DNA of 64,000 nucleotides from Candidatus Omnitrophota bacterium (GTDB lineage: Bacteria > Omnitrophota > Gorgyraeia > Tantalellales > Tantalellaceae): contig JADGBR010000004.1 in the NCBI GenBank assembly GCA_015231405.1, positions 64,189 through 128,188 on the forward strand, in the 5' to 3' direction. Below the pieces are notes generated by a model that made no database searches, was not told where the DNA came from, and saw only the letters and a program-made list of their open reading frames with translations. Below are positions 42,743 through 53,232 of the stretch, one piece after another. The position numbers were made by a program, and so were the translations under genes. Each line of letters starts with the position of its first letter. Positions within the stretch are counted from its first letter, which is position 1.

Positions 42743-42824
42743 CCGACATCGCGAACCCCGGGAAGCGGGGTGAAGCGATCTCTATTGGGATTGCTTCGTC
42801 GCCTTCGGCTCCTCGCAATGACGG
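42743..42824. repeat. Compact two-armed RPE-like palindrome overlapping the 3' end of the nucleotidase gene
   Basis: ccgacatcgcga...gaagcgatctc / gggattgcttcgtc...tcgcaatgacgg; same family as the repeats at 35724, 40186 and 53008. Confidence 0.8.
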
Positions 42825-43786
42825 AGCTGATCCAAAATTCTGTCATGGCAAAGGCCATTAGTGGCTATAATGCCGATATTATTCTCGAGCGACCGGTCGA
42901 AACTGAAGTCAAGGGGTTTGCCGGTTATGTCAGTCACTTTGCCTCCGGCTTCTTCTACTATTACGCACCCGGCGGCGTGGTCCCATATCATCTGCCGGTA
43001 GTCCGGGGTTAGAGGCGACTGCATCCTGAGATATGCCGAGACATCTCCTCTCGCCACGAGGGCGTATTTAGCCTGGCCGTCTATACGCGTATGCGGAGCT
43101 GATACTCCAAGCCGTCCATATAAACGGTCATGGGCGGCGTGATCGGTATGGGCTGATTCGAAGCTTTCGACGAATTTGAGTTCACCCGGATCTTTATCGG
43201 CCGAAACATGTATACTCCTGGATACCGATATGTCCTCTATCCATATCACCCGAGCGCCGCGGCGTTTTTCGGCGACGAAAATACAACCCTTCTTCCCGTC
43301 TTCGTAGTCGATGTTCGGACAGCCAAGCGCGCCGAAAAGGATCTCGCCGTTCTCGATCAGAGCCAGGGCTATGGCGTATTGGCCGCCCCTTAAGAACCCT
43401 TTGGTGCCGTCTATGGGGTCGAGCACCCATTTCCTGGACGGCCCTCTTTTATGATCGCAGTCTATCCACCGGGATATGTTCGCTAACGATACTTCCCCGG
43501 GGAAAATATCTCCGACAAGACCCACGATCTGTTCGACCATTTCATTATCGCCGGAAATAAGGCCGGAAGAGTGTTCTTCGGCTACGACGGGTTCTCCCGG
43601 AAAATGTTCGCGGAGTTCCCTGCATATGACGGCCTGGGAGGCGTAATCGGCGACGGTCACGGGGCTTTTGTCGGATTTCTTCTGGGACCGGTACAGGACG
43701 AGATCGGCCTGGACCTTTATGCAGATCCGCGACGCGGCGAGTACCGCCTTAACCGCTATTTCTGTCTCTTTTGTCAGCTCCGCCAT
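42782..43786 (-). CDS. 3'(2'),5'-bisphosphate nucleotidase, HAL2/SAL1 type (PAP phosphatase)
   Basis: KSDKSPVTVADY, WVLDPIDGTKGFLRGGQYAIALAL, ESAH, QAKY..VARGD, IWDHAAG..VEEAGG. Confidence 0.9.
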   Translation of the reverse strand: MAELTKETEIAVKAVLAASRICIKVQADLVLYRSQKKSDKSPVTVADYASQAVICRELREHFPGEPVVAEEHSSGLISGDNEMVEQIVGLVGDIFPGEVSLANISRWIDCDHKRGPSRKWVLDPIDGTKGFLRGGQYAIALALIENGEILFGALGCPNIDYEDGKKGCIFVAEKRRGARVIWIEDISVSRSIHVSADKDPGELKFVESFESAHTDHAAHDRLYGRLGVSAPHTRIDGQAKYALVARGDVSAYLRMQSPLTPDYRQMIWDHAAGCVIVEEAGGKVTDITGKPLDFSFDRSLENNIGIIATNGLCHDRILDQLRHCEEPKATKQSQ

Positions 43787-43802
43787 AAGTCAGCCCTCGG
43801 AT

Positions 43803-44867
43803 CTACATATACAGGTAATCAAGCCCCACTTCGCCCTTGTTCTCCAATAACTCAATATCGGCTTTCACCATTATCTCGACCAGTTCCGTGAATTTTACCT
43901 TCGGGGACCATCCCAGCTCTTTCCGGGCTTTGGATGGATCTCCCAGGAGCTGTTCTACCTCGGCCGGCCTGAAGTACTGGGGGTCGATCTCTATAAGGAC
44001 CTTGTTCTTTTTCTTGCAAAGACCTTTCTCGGTAACGCCTTTACCCTGCCAGACGATATCTATCCCCGCGCATTTGAAAGCTTTCTCTGAGAATTCCCTG
44101 ACGGTATGGTTCTCTCCCGTCGCGATGACATAATCCCCGGGTTCGTCCCTATCCATCATCATCCACATGGCCTCTACGTATTCCGGCGCGTATCCCCAGT
44201 CCCTTTTCGCGTCCAGATTGCCGAGATATACTTTTTCCTGAAGCCCGGCTTTTATCTTGGCAACCGCGCTGGTTATTTTGCGGGTGACGAACCGCGAGTC
44301 CCTTCTCTCCGATTCGTGGTTAAAAAGTATGCCGTTACAGGCGAACAAGCCGTAAGCCTCACGGTAATTCACGGTTATCCAGTACCCGTAGACCTTGGCG
44401 GCCGCGTACGGGCTTCTCGGGTAGAACGGAGTGGTCTCTTTCTGCGGTATTTCCATGACCTTCCCGAACATCTCGCTCGATGACGCCTGGTAGAACTTGG
44501 CTTTTATCCGCACCTCTCTTATCACGTCAAGGAGCCTTAAAACCCCGAGCGCGTCGGTATCGGACGTATACTCGGGCTGGCTGAATGAGACCCCTACATG
44601 GCTCTGCGCGGCGAGATTGTATATCTCATGCGGCTCTATCTTCTCGATAAGCCTGCTCAAATTGCTCGAGTCGACCATATCGCCGTAATGGAGATGGAAC
44701 TTCACCCCTTTCTCATGCAGGTCCTTGTAAAGGTGGTCCAGCCTCTGCGTATTGAAATTCGACGCCCTCCTTATTATCCCGTGCACTTCGTAGCCTTTTT
44801 TGAGCAAGAGCTCCGCGAGATATGAACCGTCTTGGCCGGTTATGCCGGTTATCAGAGCTTTTTTCAT
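43803..44867 (-). CDS. gmd: GDP-mannose 4,6-dehydratase
   Basis: [46 protein letters not shown]. Confidence 0.96.
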   Translation of the reverse strand: MKKALITGITGQDGSYLAELLLKKGYEVHGIIRRASNFNTQRLDHLYKDLHEKGVKFHLHYGDMVDSSNLSRLIEKIEPHEIYNLAAQSHVGVSFSQPEYTSDTDALGVLRLLDVIREVRIKAKFYQASSSEMFGKVMEIPQKETTPFYPRSPYAAAKVYGYWITVNYREAYGLFACNGILFNHESERRDSRFVTRKITSAVAKIKAGLQEKVYLGNLDAKRDWGYAPEYVEAMWMMMDRDEPGDYVIATGENHTVREFSEKAFKCAGIDIVWQGKGVTEKGLCKKKNKVLIEIDPQYFRPAEVEQLLGDPSKARKELGWSPKVKFTELVEIMVKADIELLENKGEVGLDYLYM

Positions 44868-44913
44868 TATTCACGACCTCCTCATTAAATACTCCAACTC
44901 CAAAAAAACGCGG

Positions 44914-45657
44914 CTAAACAGGTTTTTTCGCCACACAGAAAACCGACGATCCGAAGGGAAACGTAACCCTTAACAATAATTCATTCTCCAGGAACAACAC
45001 GCCTTTCAGCATATCGTTAATAAAACCTGGTAATCTGTTCAACCCGGCGATGTTCTTTTTATGACAGAACGGGAATACCCTCTCCAATAACCGGCCTGCC
45101 AGAAGGACGGGAAACAGCAGCGAATCCCTGTAAGTTATCCTTTCAATGGCGAACCCGGCGTTAAGTACCTTCATTTTTACCTCACCCAGGGTATACCTGT
45201 GCTTCGCGTGAACAAGCTCATCGTGTTTCGCGGTCAGAAAAGAGAATGCCGGGACGTTGACTATAAATAACCCGCCGTCAGTCATGACCCTGAATATTTC
45301 CGACAATGCCGCCATATCGTCCCCTACATCCCTGTGGTACAACACACCCATCGAAACTACAACTCCGAAACTCGAACTTTTAAAAGGCAGCCCCGATACC
45401 GACGCCCGGGCAAGCCGCGTCAAATTCCTTTTTTTGCAGAAACGAAGCGCTTCGGACGATATATCGACCCCGTATGCCTCGCGCCTCCCTAAGGAAGCGA
45501 GCAGCCCACCCGTCCCGCACCCGGCGTCAAGGAGCTTTGTTCCGTACCAATTTCCGCAATATCCCTCCAAGGTCCTCGAAAGGAACCTTTTCTGGGCTTC
45601 ATACCACCAGTACGAATCCTCAAGCTCATACATTTTAGCGTATTCCGGTATTTCCAT
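44914..45657 (-). CDS. Class I SAM-dependent methyltransferase
   Basis: EDSYWWY, LDAGCGTG, VPAF...HD...HRY. Start inferred at ATG 45657. Confidence 0.85.
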   Translation of the reverse strand: MEIPEYAKMYELEDSYWWYEAQKRFLSRTLEGYCGNWYGTKLLDAGCGTGGLLASLGRREAYGVDISSEALRFCKKRNLTRLARASVSGLPFKSSSFGVVVSMGVLYHRDVGDDMAALSEIFRVMTDGGLFIVNVPAFSFLTAKHDELVHAKHRYTLGEVKMKVLNAGFAIERITYRDSLLFPVLLAGRLLERVFPFCHKKNIAGLNRLPGFINDMLKGVLFLENELLLRVTFPFGSSVFCVAKKPV

Positions 45658-46585
45658 CCCTCTCCCCGTGCAACCCCCTAACGACGTACTGGGGCGTCTG
45701 GTTGTTATATAGGAACAACCTTCCGATATATTCCCCCAGGAGGCCCAGCGTAAGGAGCTGTATACCGGAAAAGACCATGATGGCAATGATCAAGGACGGG
45801 TACCCCACGACCAGCCCGGGGTTTTTTATCTTTTCCGTGATAACGACCCCGCTGAATACCACCCCGAGCACGCTTAGGAAAATACCGAGAAAAGTACTTA
45901 TCCTCAACGGGTTGATAGAAAAATTCACGAACATGTTCAGCCATAAAAGGAAAAGTTTCCGTAATGTATACCCCGACCCGCCCGAATAACGGTCCTCATG
46001 GCGCACCTTTACCCGGCCGATATTGTTCGTGCACCTCAATATCAACCCATCTATGTAAGGGAAAGGCCCCCTGTACTTTATTATCTCGCCGGCCACGAAA
46101 CGGCTTACGCATTTGAAACTGGATAAATACAGGTCCTTCGGCTTATCCATCACCAGGTTCGCCACAAAATGGTTAAACCTGCTGCCAAGGTTCCTGGCCC
46201 ATGAATGTTTCTTCTCATCGTACTGGACATAAACAACGTCTAAAGACCCAGCCAGCGCTTTATCGAAGAGGATGGGAACTTCTTCCGGGGGATTTTGGAA
46301 GTCATCGTCCATTATAACCACGTTATCCCCGGTAACGTGGTTAAGCCCGGCCATTACGGCGTTATGCTCCCCGAAATTCTTCGAAAGCTCCAGGTACATG
46401 ACCGAGCCTTTATATTTCCCGGCCAGGGCCAGGCACGCCCCATGGCTGTTATCCCGGCTGCCGTCGTTCACAAGGATGATCTCAACGCCCTGTTTCCCGA
46501 GTATCTCTATAAGCTTATCCACAAGCATGGTTATTGTCTTTTCTCCGTTATATACGGGTATTACCAAGGATCGCTTAATATCCAT
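45635..46585 (-). CDS. GT2 polyprenyl-phosphate glycosyltransferase (ArnC/GtrB-like)
   Basis: VIPVYN, VNDGSRD, KNFGEHNA, MDDDFQNPP, two C-terminal TM helices, GEYIGR. Confidence 0.88.
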   Translation of the reverse strand: MDIKRSLVIPVYNGEKTITMLVDKLIEILGKQGVEIILVNDGSRDNSHGACLALAGKYKGSVMYLELSKNFGEHNAVMAGLNHVTGDNVVIMDDDFQNPPEEVPILFDKALAGSLDVVYVQYDEKKHSWARNLGSRFNHFVANLVMDKPKDLYLSSFKCVSRFVAGEIIKYRGPFPYIDGLILRCTNNIGRVKVRHEDRYSGGSGYTLRKLFLLWLNMFVNFSINPLRISTFLGIFLSVLGVVFSGVVITEKIKNPGLVVGYPSLIIAIMVFSGIQLLTLGLLGEYIGRLFLYNNQTPQYVVRGLHGERDGNTGIR

Positions 46586-46927
46586 TTTTTCTCCCGATAG
46601 AGTTGAACAAAGCCGAAATATCCTTTGACAAAGGGTTATACCTCATGAAAATATCCAGGAATTTAAACGGCAAAGTGAAAAGCATCATGATGCCCAGCAG
46701 GATATTCCGCAGGCGTTCGTTCCCGAAAGACAGAATGATGGCCACCCATCCCTGGAATACCCATAGTCGGGCGGCTGTTCACCCCCAGCCCCATTATCCC
46801 GAACCCCTGGATCCACATTATCACGCGGAAAAACAACGGCATTTATCACATCGGCCTGGACCCGGGTATTACCGGACCCGAGGTTCATGAAAACCCCTTC
46901 TTTCCCATTTAAGGATATCATACTCAT
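46575..46927 (-). pseudogene. Degraded class I methyltransferase gene (internal deletion and frameshifts)
   Basis: Frame 1 FMNLGSGN..VIN..FPRDNVD (motif I); frame 2 GFGIMGLGVNSRPT; frame 3 WVFQGWVAIILSFGNERL...LPFKFLDIF...IGRK. The central VLEH/LKPGG core is absent. Confidence 0.6.
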
Positions 46928-46950
46928 CGCGGGGAATAAAGCCCGCCTGT

Positions 46951-47943
46951 TTAAAATCTTTTCCTGACATACCTTCCAACCTTGCGCAAACTGACACCAC
47001 GGTTCGGGAAACCGCATATCTCATTCAAAACTTCTCCCGCGACCCTAATGACGGACGCTTCACCGGCGCTGACGTACTTGAAACCCTCATAGGGGCACGT
47101 GCAGTCTATAAGGGGGCACGGGGCGGGTGTTTTGTCGGGTGTGTACTTCCCTTTAAGAAGGTTGCCGTATCTCTTGTACGAGCTCGAGCAGCGGTAGAGG
47201 TTGCCGGAGGGGTCCATGCGGAAATAATCCATCCCCGTCCGGCATGGGTTTCCGAAATAATTGACGCTCGTGTTCATGACCTTCTCTTCCCGGGGATCGA
47301 GGGAGTATTTATAGATGAACTCTTTTTCCTCGCGGGTAAAAGCGGCCGGATATTTTTTGCCGTTATGGTATCCCCTGAAAGTCTTGGCGTTAACGAGCTT
47401 GATCCCGCGAGATTTCAGGTATTTTACGTCCAGGGCCATTTTTTCCAATAGACGGGGGTATGTCAGATATCCTACATCGATATTGAAACCTTTCTCCTGG
47501 AGGATGAGCACCTTTTCAATAAAATGATCTATGCCGGCAGGATTTTTCTCTCGCGCGGTTTTATGGAACCCGGCGTTCAGGAAAACGACCTTATCGGGCG
47601 ATATCCTGTTAGCGAATTCCCTGACGTTCAAGGTCGAAAGATTGGTATTAAGAGATATGAAGTGCCCTTTCGTCAGCTCGGCGCAAAGATCGACGAATTT
47701 CGGGTAAAGGAACGGCTCGCCGCCCGACATGTGTACCTGCCAGACCTTACCGGTATCGTTAAAACACCCGGCGATATGAGCGGGACCGTATTTGCCGCAA
47801 TCGGGATGCTCCTTCGACAGTTTCTCCTCGCCGCAAAAACAGTACTCGCAACGGAAATTGCACAGGTTATTAAGCTGCCAGAAGACCATGCTGTCCGGCC
47901 GTTTACCGCTCGTACCCTTAATATCCCTTGTAAAGTCGCTCAT
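46951..47943 (-). CDS. Radical SAM protein with a short Cys-rich C-terminal (twitch-like) domain
   Basis: CNFRCEYC, SGGEPFL, NTNLS, CRTG..MDPSGNLYRC, CPLIDCTC. Start inferred at ATG 47943. Confidence 0.85.
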   Translation of the reverse strand: MSDFTRDIKGTSGKRPDSMVFWQLNNLCNFRCEYCFCGEEKLSKEHPDCGKYGPAHIAGCFNDTGKVWQVHMSGGEPFLYPKFVDLCAELTKGHFISLNTNLSTLNVREFANRISPDKVVFLNAGFHKTAREKNPAGIDHFIEKVLILQEKGFNIDVGYLTYPRLLEKMALDVKYLKSRGIKLVNAKTFRGYHNGKKYPAAFTREEKEFIYKYSLDPREEKVMNTSVNYFGNPCRTGMDYFRMDPSGNLYRCSSSYKRYGNLLKGKYTPDKTPAPCPLIDCTCPYEGFKYVSAGEASVIRVAGEVLNEICGFPNRGVSLRKVGRYVRKRF

Positions 47944-47944
47944 A

Positions 47945-49570
47945 TTAAGATCTGTCCGAATACACCACGAATTCCCCTTCGGGGTATCTGAACGCTTTCC
48001 TTTCGTATTTACCGGCATTGAACCATGCTTCTGACCCTAGAAGGAAATCCTTTTCGAGCCCGGGGAAGACGGCTATTGTCTTTATATTCTCGGGGTCCTT
48101 GATATCCTTGAGCCATCTTCCCGTGTATCTCGTTTTGGCCTCTTCTTTCAGCCTTCGGGTCTCGGCCTTATCCACAAAAACGCGATCGGTGAAAATGAAC
48201 ATGTAATACAGGTTCTCCCCGGAGATCTGCCCGTAATGGGATAGATATACCGGCATCGTAAAAGAGGCTTCGCAGTTAATAACAGGGTCCACGACCGCCA
48301 GGATCCTGTCTTTTACCCCGGCGGTTCTTATGATCTCTTTCAAAAAGGCGTTAGTCTGCTTACCTTCGTCAGCAAGATATTTCACGCGGAAATATCCATA
48401 GCCCAGGCGCGGTATGAACATCAGGAATACCAGGGTAAAAAAAACCAGTTTTGAGAACACGGTTACCCTTTTATCTTTCCTTATCCGCCGGATCAGATAG
48501 ACCACCATAAAAGCCGTGCCCAGGAACGCCGGCAATAGGAACCTGTGGACGAGCCCGGTCTTGTTGTAGAGCGCCATCTCGGGGATCAATATCAGTAGAA
48601 ATAGGGTTAAAGCCTTAAAGGTATCAGTCCCGAATATCTTTTTAACGGAAAGCGCGTCTATTTTCCTTTTATCCCCGAAATAGGACTCGCCCACGATGAA
48701 TACGCCGAAGAATATCACAAGGACAGGGATTAGCTCGATAAGATCCAGCAGGAACAATTTGAATTCACGCGCAGCGAAAAGAGGATTTCTTATCATCATC
48801 GCAAGAAAAGTACCCTCACCAAAACCGGCCATCGATTCCTTGTGGATATCTACGTAATGTCTGATGATGTAAATATCGAACGCCAGTATCGAGAATAACA
48901 CCGCGGCGGCGGTGATATTACCCGCGGCAGCGCGAATAAATGGAACATTATCCCTTTTTGAACACAGCCATACCTTCCAGAAAAAGAACGCCGGAACGAT
49001 CACAATGAAACTCTCCTTACACAGTGATGAGATGAAAAGCATGGATAAAGATATGACGCCATACGCCTTCCCTCCCGAGCGCACCCCTTTAGCCATAAAA
49101 AAAAGGGCCCCCGAGAAAAATACCATACCTATCGACTCCGCCACGCCCAGCCGCCACCAGATGGGGACCTGCTGCCCAATAAGCGTCAAAAAAGAAAAAA
49201 ACAGCGATTCGGCCGCATCGTATCCCATAGCGCGCATAAAAAGGAAGAGGAAATACGCGCAAACGACAGCCAAAAAGGTATGGTAGACATAAAACAGTTT
49301 GAAATTATCCCCGAACGATCGGATCTCCAGGAACCTGTGCAGGTTCCTGAACGGCCTAAACCTTATATGTTCCTTAAAGATCTCATCCAATACGCTTTTT
49401 TTGGCTCCGGCAAGAAAGCCCGTGCCATTATTCCCCCGAGCGCCTGAAAGTATCTGAGAATCATCCTTAAAATGGAACCCGGAACCCAATGTTCCGCTAA
49501 TAATGAGCAAACCGGAGTAAAACGATACTATAAACAATAAAACCAGCAGATTCGTCCTCATAGTTAGCAC
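47945..49570 (-). CDS. Multi-pass membrane protein, putative GT-C fold glycosyltransferase
   Basis: KDD in the first loop, RFRP, AE, LCKES motifs; many TM helices. Confidence 0.6.
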   Translation of the reverse strand: MLTMRTNLLVLLFIVSFYSGLLIISGTLGSGFHFKDDSQILSGARGNNGTGFLAGAKKSVLDEIFKEHIRFRPFRNLHRFLEIRSFGDNFKLFYVYHTFLAVVCAYFLFLFMRAMGYDAAESLFFSFLTLIGQQVPIWWRLGVAESIGMVFFSGALFFMAKGVRSGGKAYGVISLSMLFISSLCKESFIVIVPAFFFWKVWLCSKRDNVPFIRAAAGNITAAAVLFSILAFDIYIIRHYVDIHKESMAGFGEGTFLAMMIRNPLFAAREFKLFLLDLIELIPVLVIFFGVFIVGESYFGDKRKIDALSVKKIFGTDTFKALTLFLLILIPEMALYNKTGLVHRFLLPAFLGTAFMVVYLIRRIRKDKRVTVFSKLVFFTLVFLMFIPRLGYGYFRVKYLADEGKQTNAFLKEIIRTAGVKDRILAVVDPVINCEASFTMPVYLSHYGQISGENLYYMFIFTDRVFVDKAETRRLKEEAKTRYTGRWLKDIKDPENIKTIAVFPGLEKDFLLGSEAWFNAGKYERKAFRYPEGEFVVYSDRS

Positions 49571-49703
49571 ATTTTTAACACTTTTAATTTACTGTGTCAA
49601 TAGCCTGTGTCGCTATAATTAATAATGGAAAGACATAGTCTGAACATTAACATTTACAAATGCCGGCCAAACGTGGATAATTAGTCCGGAGGGGGGTCCA
49701 TCT

Positions 49704-50774
49704 ATGGTCAATATCGGGGTCATAGGCTTCGGATACTGGGGTCCGAACCTTGTAAGAAATTTCACGCATCATCCAAAATGCTCGGTCAAAAGGATAGCTG
49801 ACCAGTCGGAAGCCCGCCTCGCTACCGCCCAGAAGATGTACCCTTTTATCCAGACCACGACGGACATGTACAGGGTACTCGATGACCCCGGGATACAGGG
49901 CGTCGTGATCGCCACTCCTATCAACACGCATTACCGTATCGCTAAGGAAGCTCTTTTACGCGGCAAGCACGTGCTGGTCGAAAAGCCGCTGACAAACTCG
50001 AGAGCCCACGCCCTCGAACTCATCAAAATAGCCAAAGAAAAAGACCTGCGGCTCATGGTGGACCATATCTACCTCTATAACGGGGCGATAAGGAAGATAA
50101 AAGAGATCATTTCCAAAGGCGAGCTCGGGAAAATACAGTATTTCGATTCCATAAGGGTCAATCTGGGCCTTATACAGAACGACTCGAACGTCCTATGGGA
50201 CCTCGCGGTGCACGACCTGTCGATCTTGAATTTTCTGGTGGAAGAGAAGCCTTCGAGCCTCATCGCGACGGGCGTATCGCATACGATGAACAATATCGAG
50301 AATATCGCCTATATCACGCTCAACTACAGTTCAGGCATGATAACGCATATCAACTGCTCGTGGATCTCGCCCGTCAAGATACGCATGATACTCATCGGCG
50401 GAACAAAAAAAATGATAGTCTACAACGACGTCGAGCCGACGGAGAAGGTCAAGCTCTACGACACTAACTACCAGATAATCGAAAGGGAAAAAACCCTGGT
50501 CGATTATAGGATCGGGGATATCTATATACCAAAATTCGACCAGACCGAGGCTTTAAAGAACGTCGCCGACGATTTTATAGACTCTATCATCGAAGGGCGA
50601 GAACCTTTCTCTAACGGTAAAAGCGCTTACGATACCATCGATATCCTGGAAGCCGCACAGGAGTCCATAAAAAAGAACGGCAAAGAGGTGTTCCTTGATG
50701 GAAACAGTCAATATCGAGAACCCAAGGCAGCTGGTAAAGAACGTAAAGCTCGGAACAAACGTAGTGCTGCGTGA
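49704..50774 (+). CDS. Gfo/Idh/MocA family oxidoreductase
   Basis: IGFGYWG, HVLVEKP, WDLAVHDLS; GGAGG RBS. Confidence 0.9.
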   Translation: MVNIGVIGFGYWGPNLVRNFTHHPKCSVKRIADQSEARLATAQKMYPFIQTTTDMYRVLDDPGIQGVVIATPINTHYRIAKEALLRGKHVLVEKPLTNSRAHALELIKIAKEKDLRLMVDHIYLYNGAIRKIKEIISKGELGKIQYFDSIRVNLGLIQNDSNVLWDLAVHDLSILNFLVEEKPSSLIATGVSHTMNNIENIAYITLNYSSGMITHINCSWISPVKIRMILIGGTKKMIVYNDVEPTEKVKLYDTNYQIIEREKTLVDYRIGDIYIPKFDQTEALKNVADDFIDSIIEGREPFSNGKSAYDTIDILEAAQESIKKNGKEVFLDGNSQYREPKAAGKERKARNKRSAA

Positions 50775-51225
50775 GTTCATAAACCTTTACGGCTGTAGGA
50801 TCGGCGACAATTCCCGTGTGGGTACTTTCGTCGAGATACAAAAGAACTCGAGCGTCGGAAAGAACTGCAAGATACAAAGCCACTCCTTCATTTGCGAAGG
50901 GGTGGATATCATGGATAACGTATTCATCGGGCATAACGTTTCCTTCATCAACGACAAATACCCGAGATCCGTCAACCCCGACGGGACGCTCATGAACGAC
51001 GCGGACTGGAGCGTCTCTAAAACCCTAGTCGGGAAAGGCGCCTCTATCGGCACCAGCGCCACGATACTCTCGGGCGTCACCATAGGCGAGAATTCCATTA
51101 TCGGGGCGGGTTCTGTCGTCACCAAAGACATTCCGGCCAACGTGATAGCGGCCGGTAACCCCGCCAGGGTATTAAGGACCGTCGGAGGGAAAAGCCTTCC
51201 CGAGCGCGGCAAAAGGGTATCATGA
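50698..51225 (+). CDS. Hexapeptide N-acyltransferase (WbpD/FdtC-like)
   Basis: VEIQK, CKIQSHSFICEGV, FINDKYP, GAGSVVTKDIP...GNPAR. Confidence 0.88.
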   Translation: METVNIENPRQLVKNVKLGTNVVLREFINLYGCRIGDNSRVGTFVEIQKNSSVGKNCKIQSHSFICEGVDIMDNVFIGHNVSFINDKYPRSVNPDGTLMNDADWSVSKTLVGKGASIGTSATILSGVTIGENSIIGAGSVVTKDIPANVIAAGNPARVLRTVGGKSLPERGKRVS

Positions 51226-51944
51226 TAAGCGGCGCCGGGCTCAGCGTTATTATACCCGTATACAACGAGAAGGAACTTCTCGCCCCGGCGATCAAAAGAT
51301 CAATGGATGCCCTCTCTTCAGGGTTCAGCGATTACGAGCTGATCATCGTCAACGACGGCTCCGACGCCTCAGGCACCCTCGAATTGAAGAGGGCCGCGGG
51401 TATCTACCCGGGCATAAAGGTCATAAACAACGACGTCAACCTGAACCTGGGCATATCGATACAGCGCGGGTTCATGGCGGCCTCTAAGGACCATATTCTC
51501 TTCAATTCAATTGACCTGCCTCTAGCTCCGGAAGATTATCCGGCCCTTATAGAAAAAGCGCGCGGCCTGGATATGCTCATACTCCAGAGAGAGGTTTACG
51601 CGGGGGCGTCCCTCTGGAGAAAGATCACATCTCGATCGAACCTCTTCTTAATTAAAACTCTTTTCCCAGTCGCCTCGCGCGGCATCAGAGATCTCAATTA
51701 CACGTTCATTTTCAGGCGCGATATCCGCTCGAAAATAATGCCGGTATCGAAAAGTCCCGCGTTCACCCAGCCCGAAATGATACTCCGGGCGATCTACAAT
51801 AAATTGAAAGTGCAAGTTGTCACCGTCCCCTACCACCCCCGCACCGCCGGTAAAGCTTCTTTAGGCAAACCGCATGACATCATCTGGTCGATGTACGATA
51901 TGTTACGATTCAGGGTTATGGCGTTCAGGCGTTTTTTGAGATAG
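51222..51944 (+). CDS. GT2 glycosyltransferase (DPM-like)
   Basis: SVIIPVYNE, VNDGSD, NLG, PRTAG. Confidence 0.8.
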   Translation: MISGAGLSVIIPVYNEKELLAPAIKRSMDALSSGFSDYELIIVNDGSDASGTLELKRAAGIYPGIKVINNDVNLNLGISIQRGFMAASKDHILFNSIDLPLAPEDYPALIEKARGLDMLILQREVYAGASLWRKITSRSNLFLIKTLFPVASRGIRDLNYTFIFRRDIRSKIMPVSKSPAFTQPEMILRAIYNKLKVQVVTVPYHPRTAGKASLGKPHDIIWSMYDMLRFRVMAFRRFLR

Positions 51945-52050
51945 CGGTTAGCGTATAGCGGCTAGCGTTTAGTGAACAATACCTGCGCTAAACGCCAAAC
52001 ACGTTATCATAACCGACTAACCGCTAAACGCTGATCGCTAAACGCTAAAC
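51942..52050. repeat. Inverted arrays of 7-bp units forming a long imperfect hairpin
   Basis: tagcggt tagcgta tagcggc tagcgtt tag ... ctaaccg ctaaacg ctgatcg ctaaacg ctaaac. Confidence 0.8.
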
Positions 52051-52127
52051 CGTTGACTCTAAAATTTGTTCCTCGCGATATCCTGTGGTATAGTTTATGG
52101 AGCTTTTAACCGAAAGGAGCGGGCCGC

Positions 52128-52970
52128 ATGACAATGGACAGTAAAGACATTAAAAAAAAGCTGGTAAAGGCCTATAACAACTGGGATTTCCTCAACGGCC
52201 CGGACGCGCGTATCGTAAGGGTGCTCGCGGAAATGGTAGAGCCCGCCACGCGTTTCAGGAAACTCGGGATCCGCAACACCGTCGTCTTTTTCGGATCAGC
52301 CCGGACGCTTCCGGCCGATACGGCCATGAGTAACCTCCGTGCGGTCGAAGCCAAAATGCGGCAGGTAAAAAAGGTCTCCCCTAAGCTCAAAGAGAATTAT
52401 CACACGGCCATGCGCAACCTCAAGACATCGAGATACTTCGAGGACGCCTCAGACCTGTCGGAAAAACTGGCGCTGTGGTTCAAACAGCTGAGAAAAAAGA
52501 ACATCCATTTCAGCATCTGCTCCGGAGGAGGCCCCGGGATCATGGCGGCCGCGAATAAGGGCGCCTGGAAAGCTAAAGAAAAATCCATTGGGCTAAATAT
52601 AAGCCTGCCCATGGAGCAGTACCCTAACCCTTACCAGGACAAGGAACTTTCATTCGAGTTCCATTATTTTTTCATCCGCAAATTCTGGTTCACTTACCCG
52701 GCCAAGGCGCTCGTGGTCTTCCCCGGAGGTTTCGGGACCATGGACGAGCTCTTCGAGCTCCTGACCCTGATACAGACCCAAAAGACCAAAAAATATATGC
52801 CCATAGTCCTATACGGCAAGGAGTACTGGGAGGAGGTAATTAACCTCAAGAAAATGCTGGACTCCGGCTATATAGACGCTAGCGACCTGAAACTGTTCAA
52901 AATATTCGACGACGTGAACGAGGCTTTCGATTTTCTGAAGGGAGAATTAAAAAGGCACTACGTCGATTGA
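52128..52970 (+). CDS. LOG family protein (TIGR00730-type nucleoside monophosphate phosphoribohydrolase)
   Basis: VFFGSAR, SGGGPGIM, IGLNISLP.EQ..N, FHYFFIRK, FPGGFGTMDELFE. Confidence 0.9.
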   Translation: MTMDSKDIKKKLVKAYNNWDFLNGPDARIVRVLAEMVEPATRFRKLGIRNTVVFFGSARTLPADTAMSNLRAVEAKMRQVKKVSPKLKENYHTAMRNLKTSRYFEDASDLSEKLALWFKQLRKKNIHFSICSGGGPGIMAAANKGAWKAKEKSIGLNISLPMEQYPNPYQDKELSFEFHYFFIRKFWFTYPAKALVVFPGGFGTMDELFELLTLIQTQKTKKYMPIVLYGKEYWEEVINLKKMLDSGYIDASDLKLFKIFDDVNEAFDFLKGELKRHYVD

Positions 52971-52986
52971 CACAGAGCTATAAGCT

Positions 52987-53207
52987 TTCAGTTGCGGGAC
53001 ATACCGCCGTCATCGCGAGGAGCGAAGCGACGAAGCGATCTCAACAGATAACCTAAGTAGGAACCTTTCGAAGAACTTCGATTTGCTTGGAGTATATCTT
53101 AGTTATTTTAATTCGCAAGTATTCGGATATTTTTGTAGGGATTGCTTCGTCGGCCTCATGGCCCCTCGCAATGACGACACGGCGCCTTAATCGCTACCGC
53201 AACTGAA
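52987..53207. mobile_element. MITE-like element, copy B
   Basis: Perfect 11-bp TIR ttcagttgcgg / ccgcaactgaa; RPE-like arms at 53008-53042 and 53138-53175; shares aattcgcaagtattcggatatttttg..gggattgcttcgtcggcct with copy A. Confidence 0.65.
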
Positions 53208-53232
53208 CTATTACGACAGCTGATAGCTAAGT

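Noticed and set aside
50695-50774. About 80-nt overlap of the oxidoreductase with the acyltransferase as programmed frameshifting
   Set aside because: No slippery site seen. It is most simply a lost stop giving a short basic tail, and both ORFs are intact.
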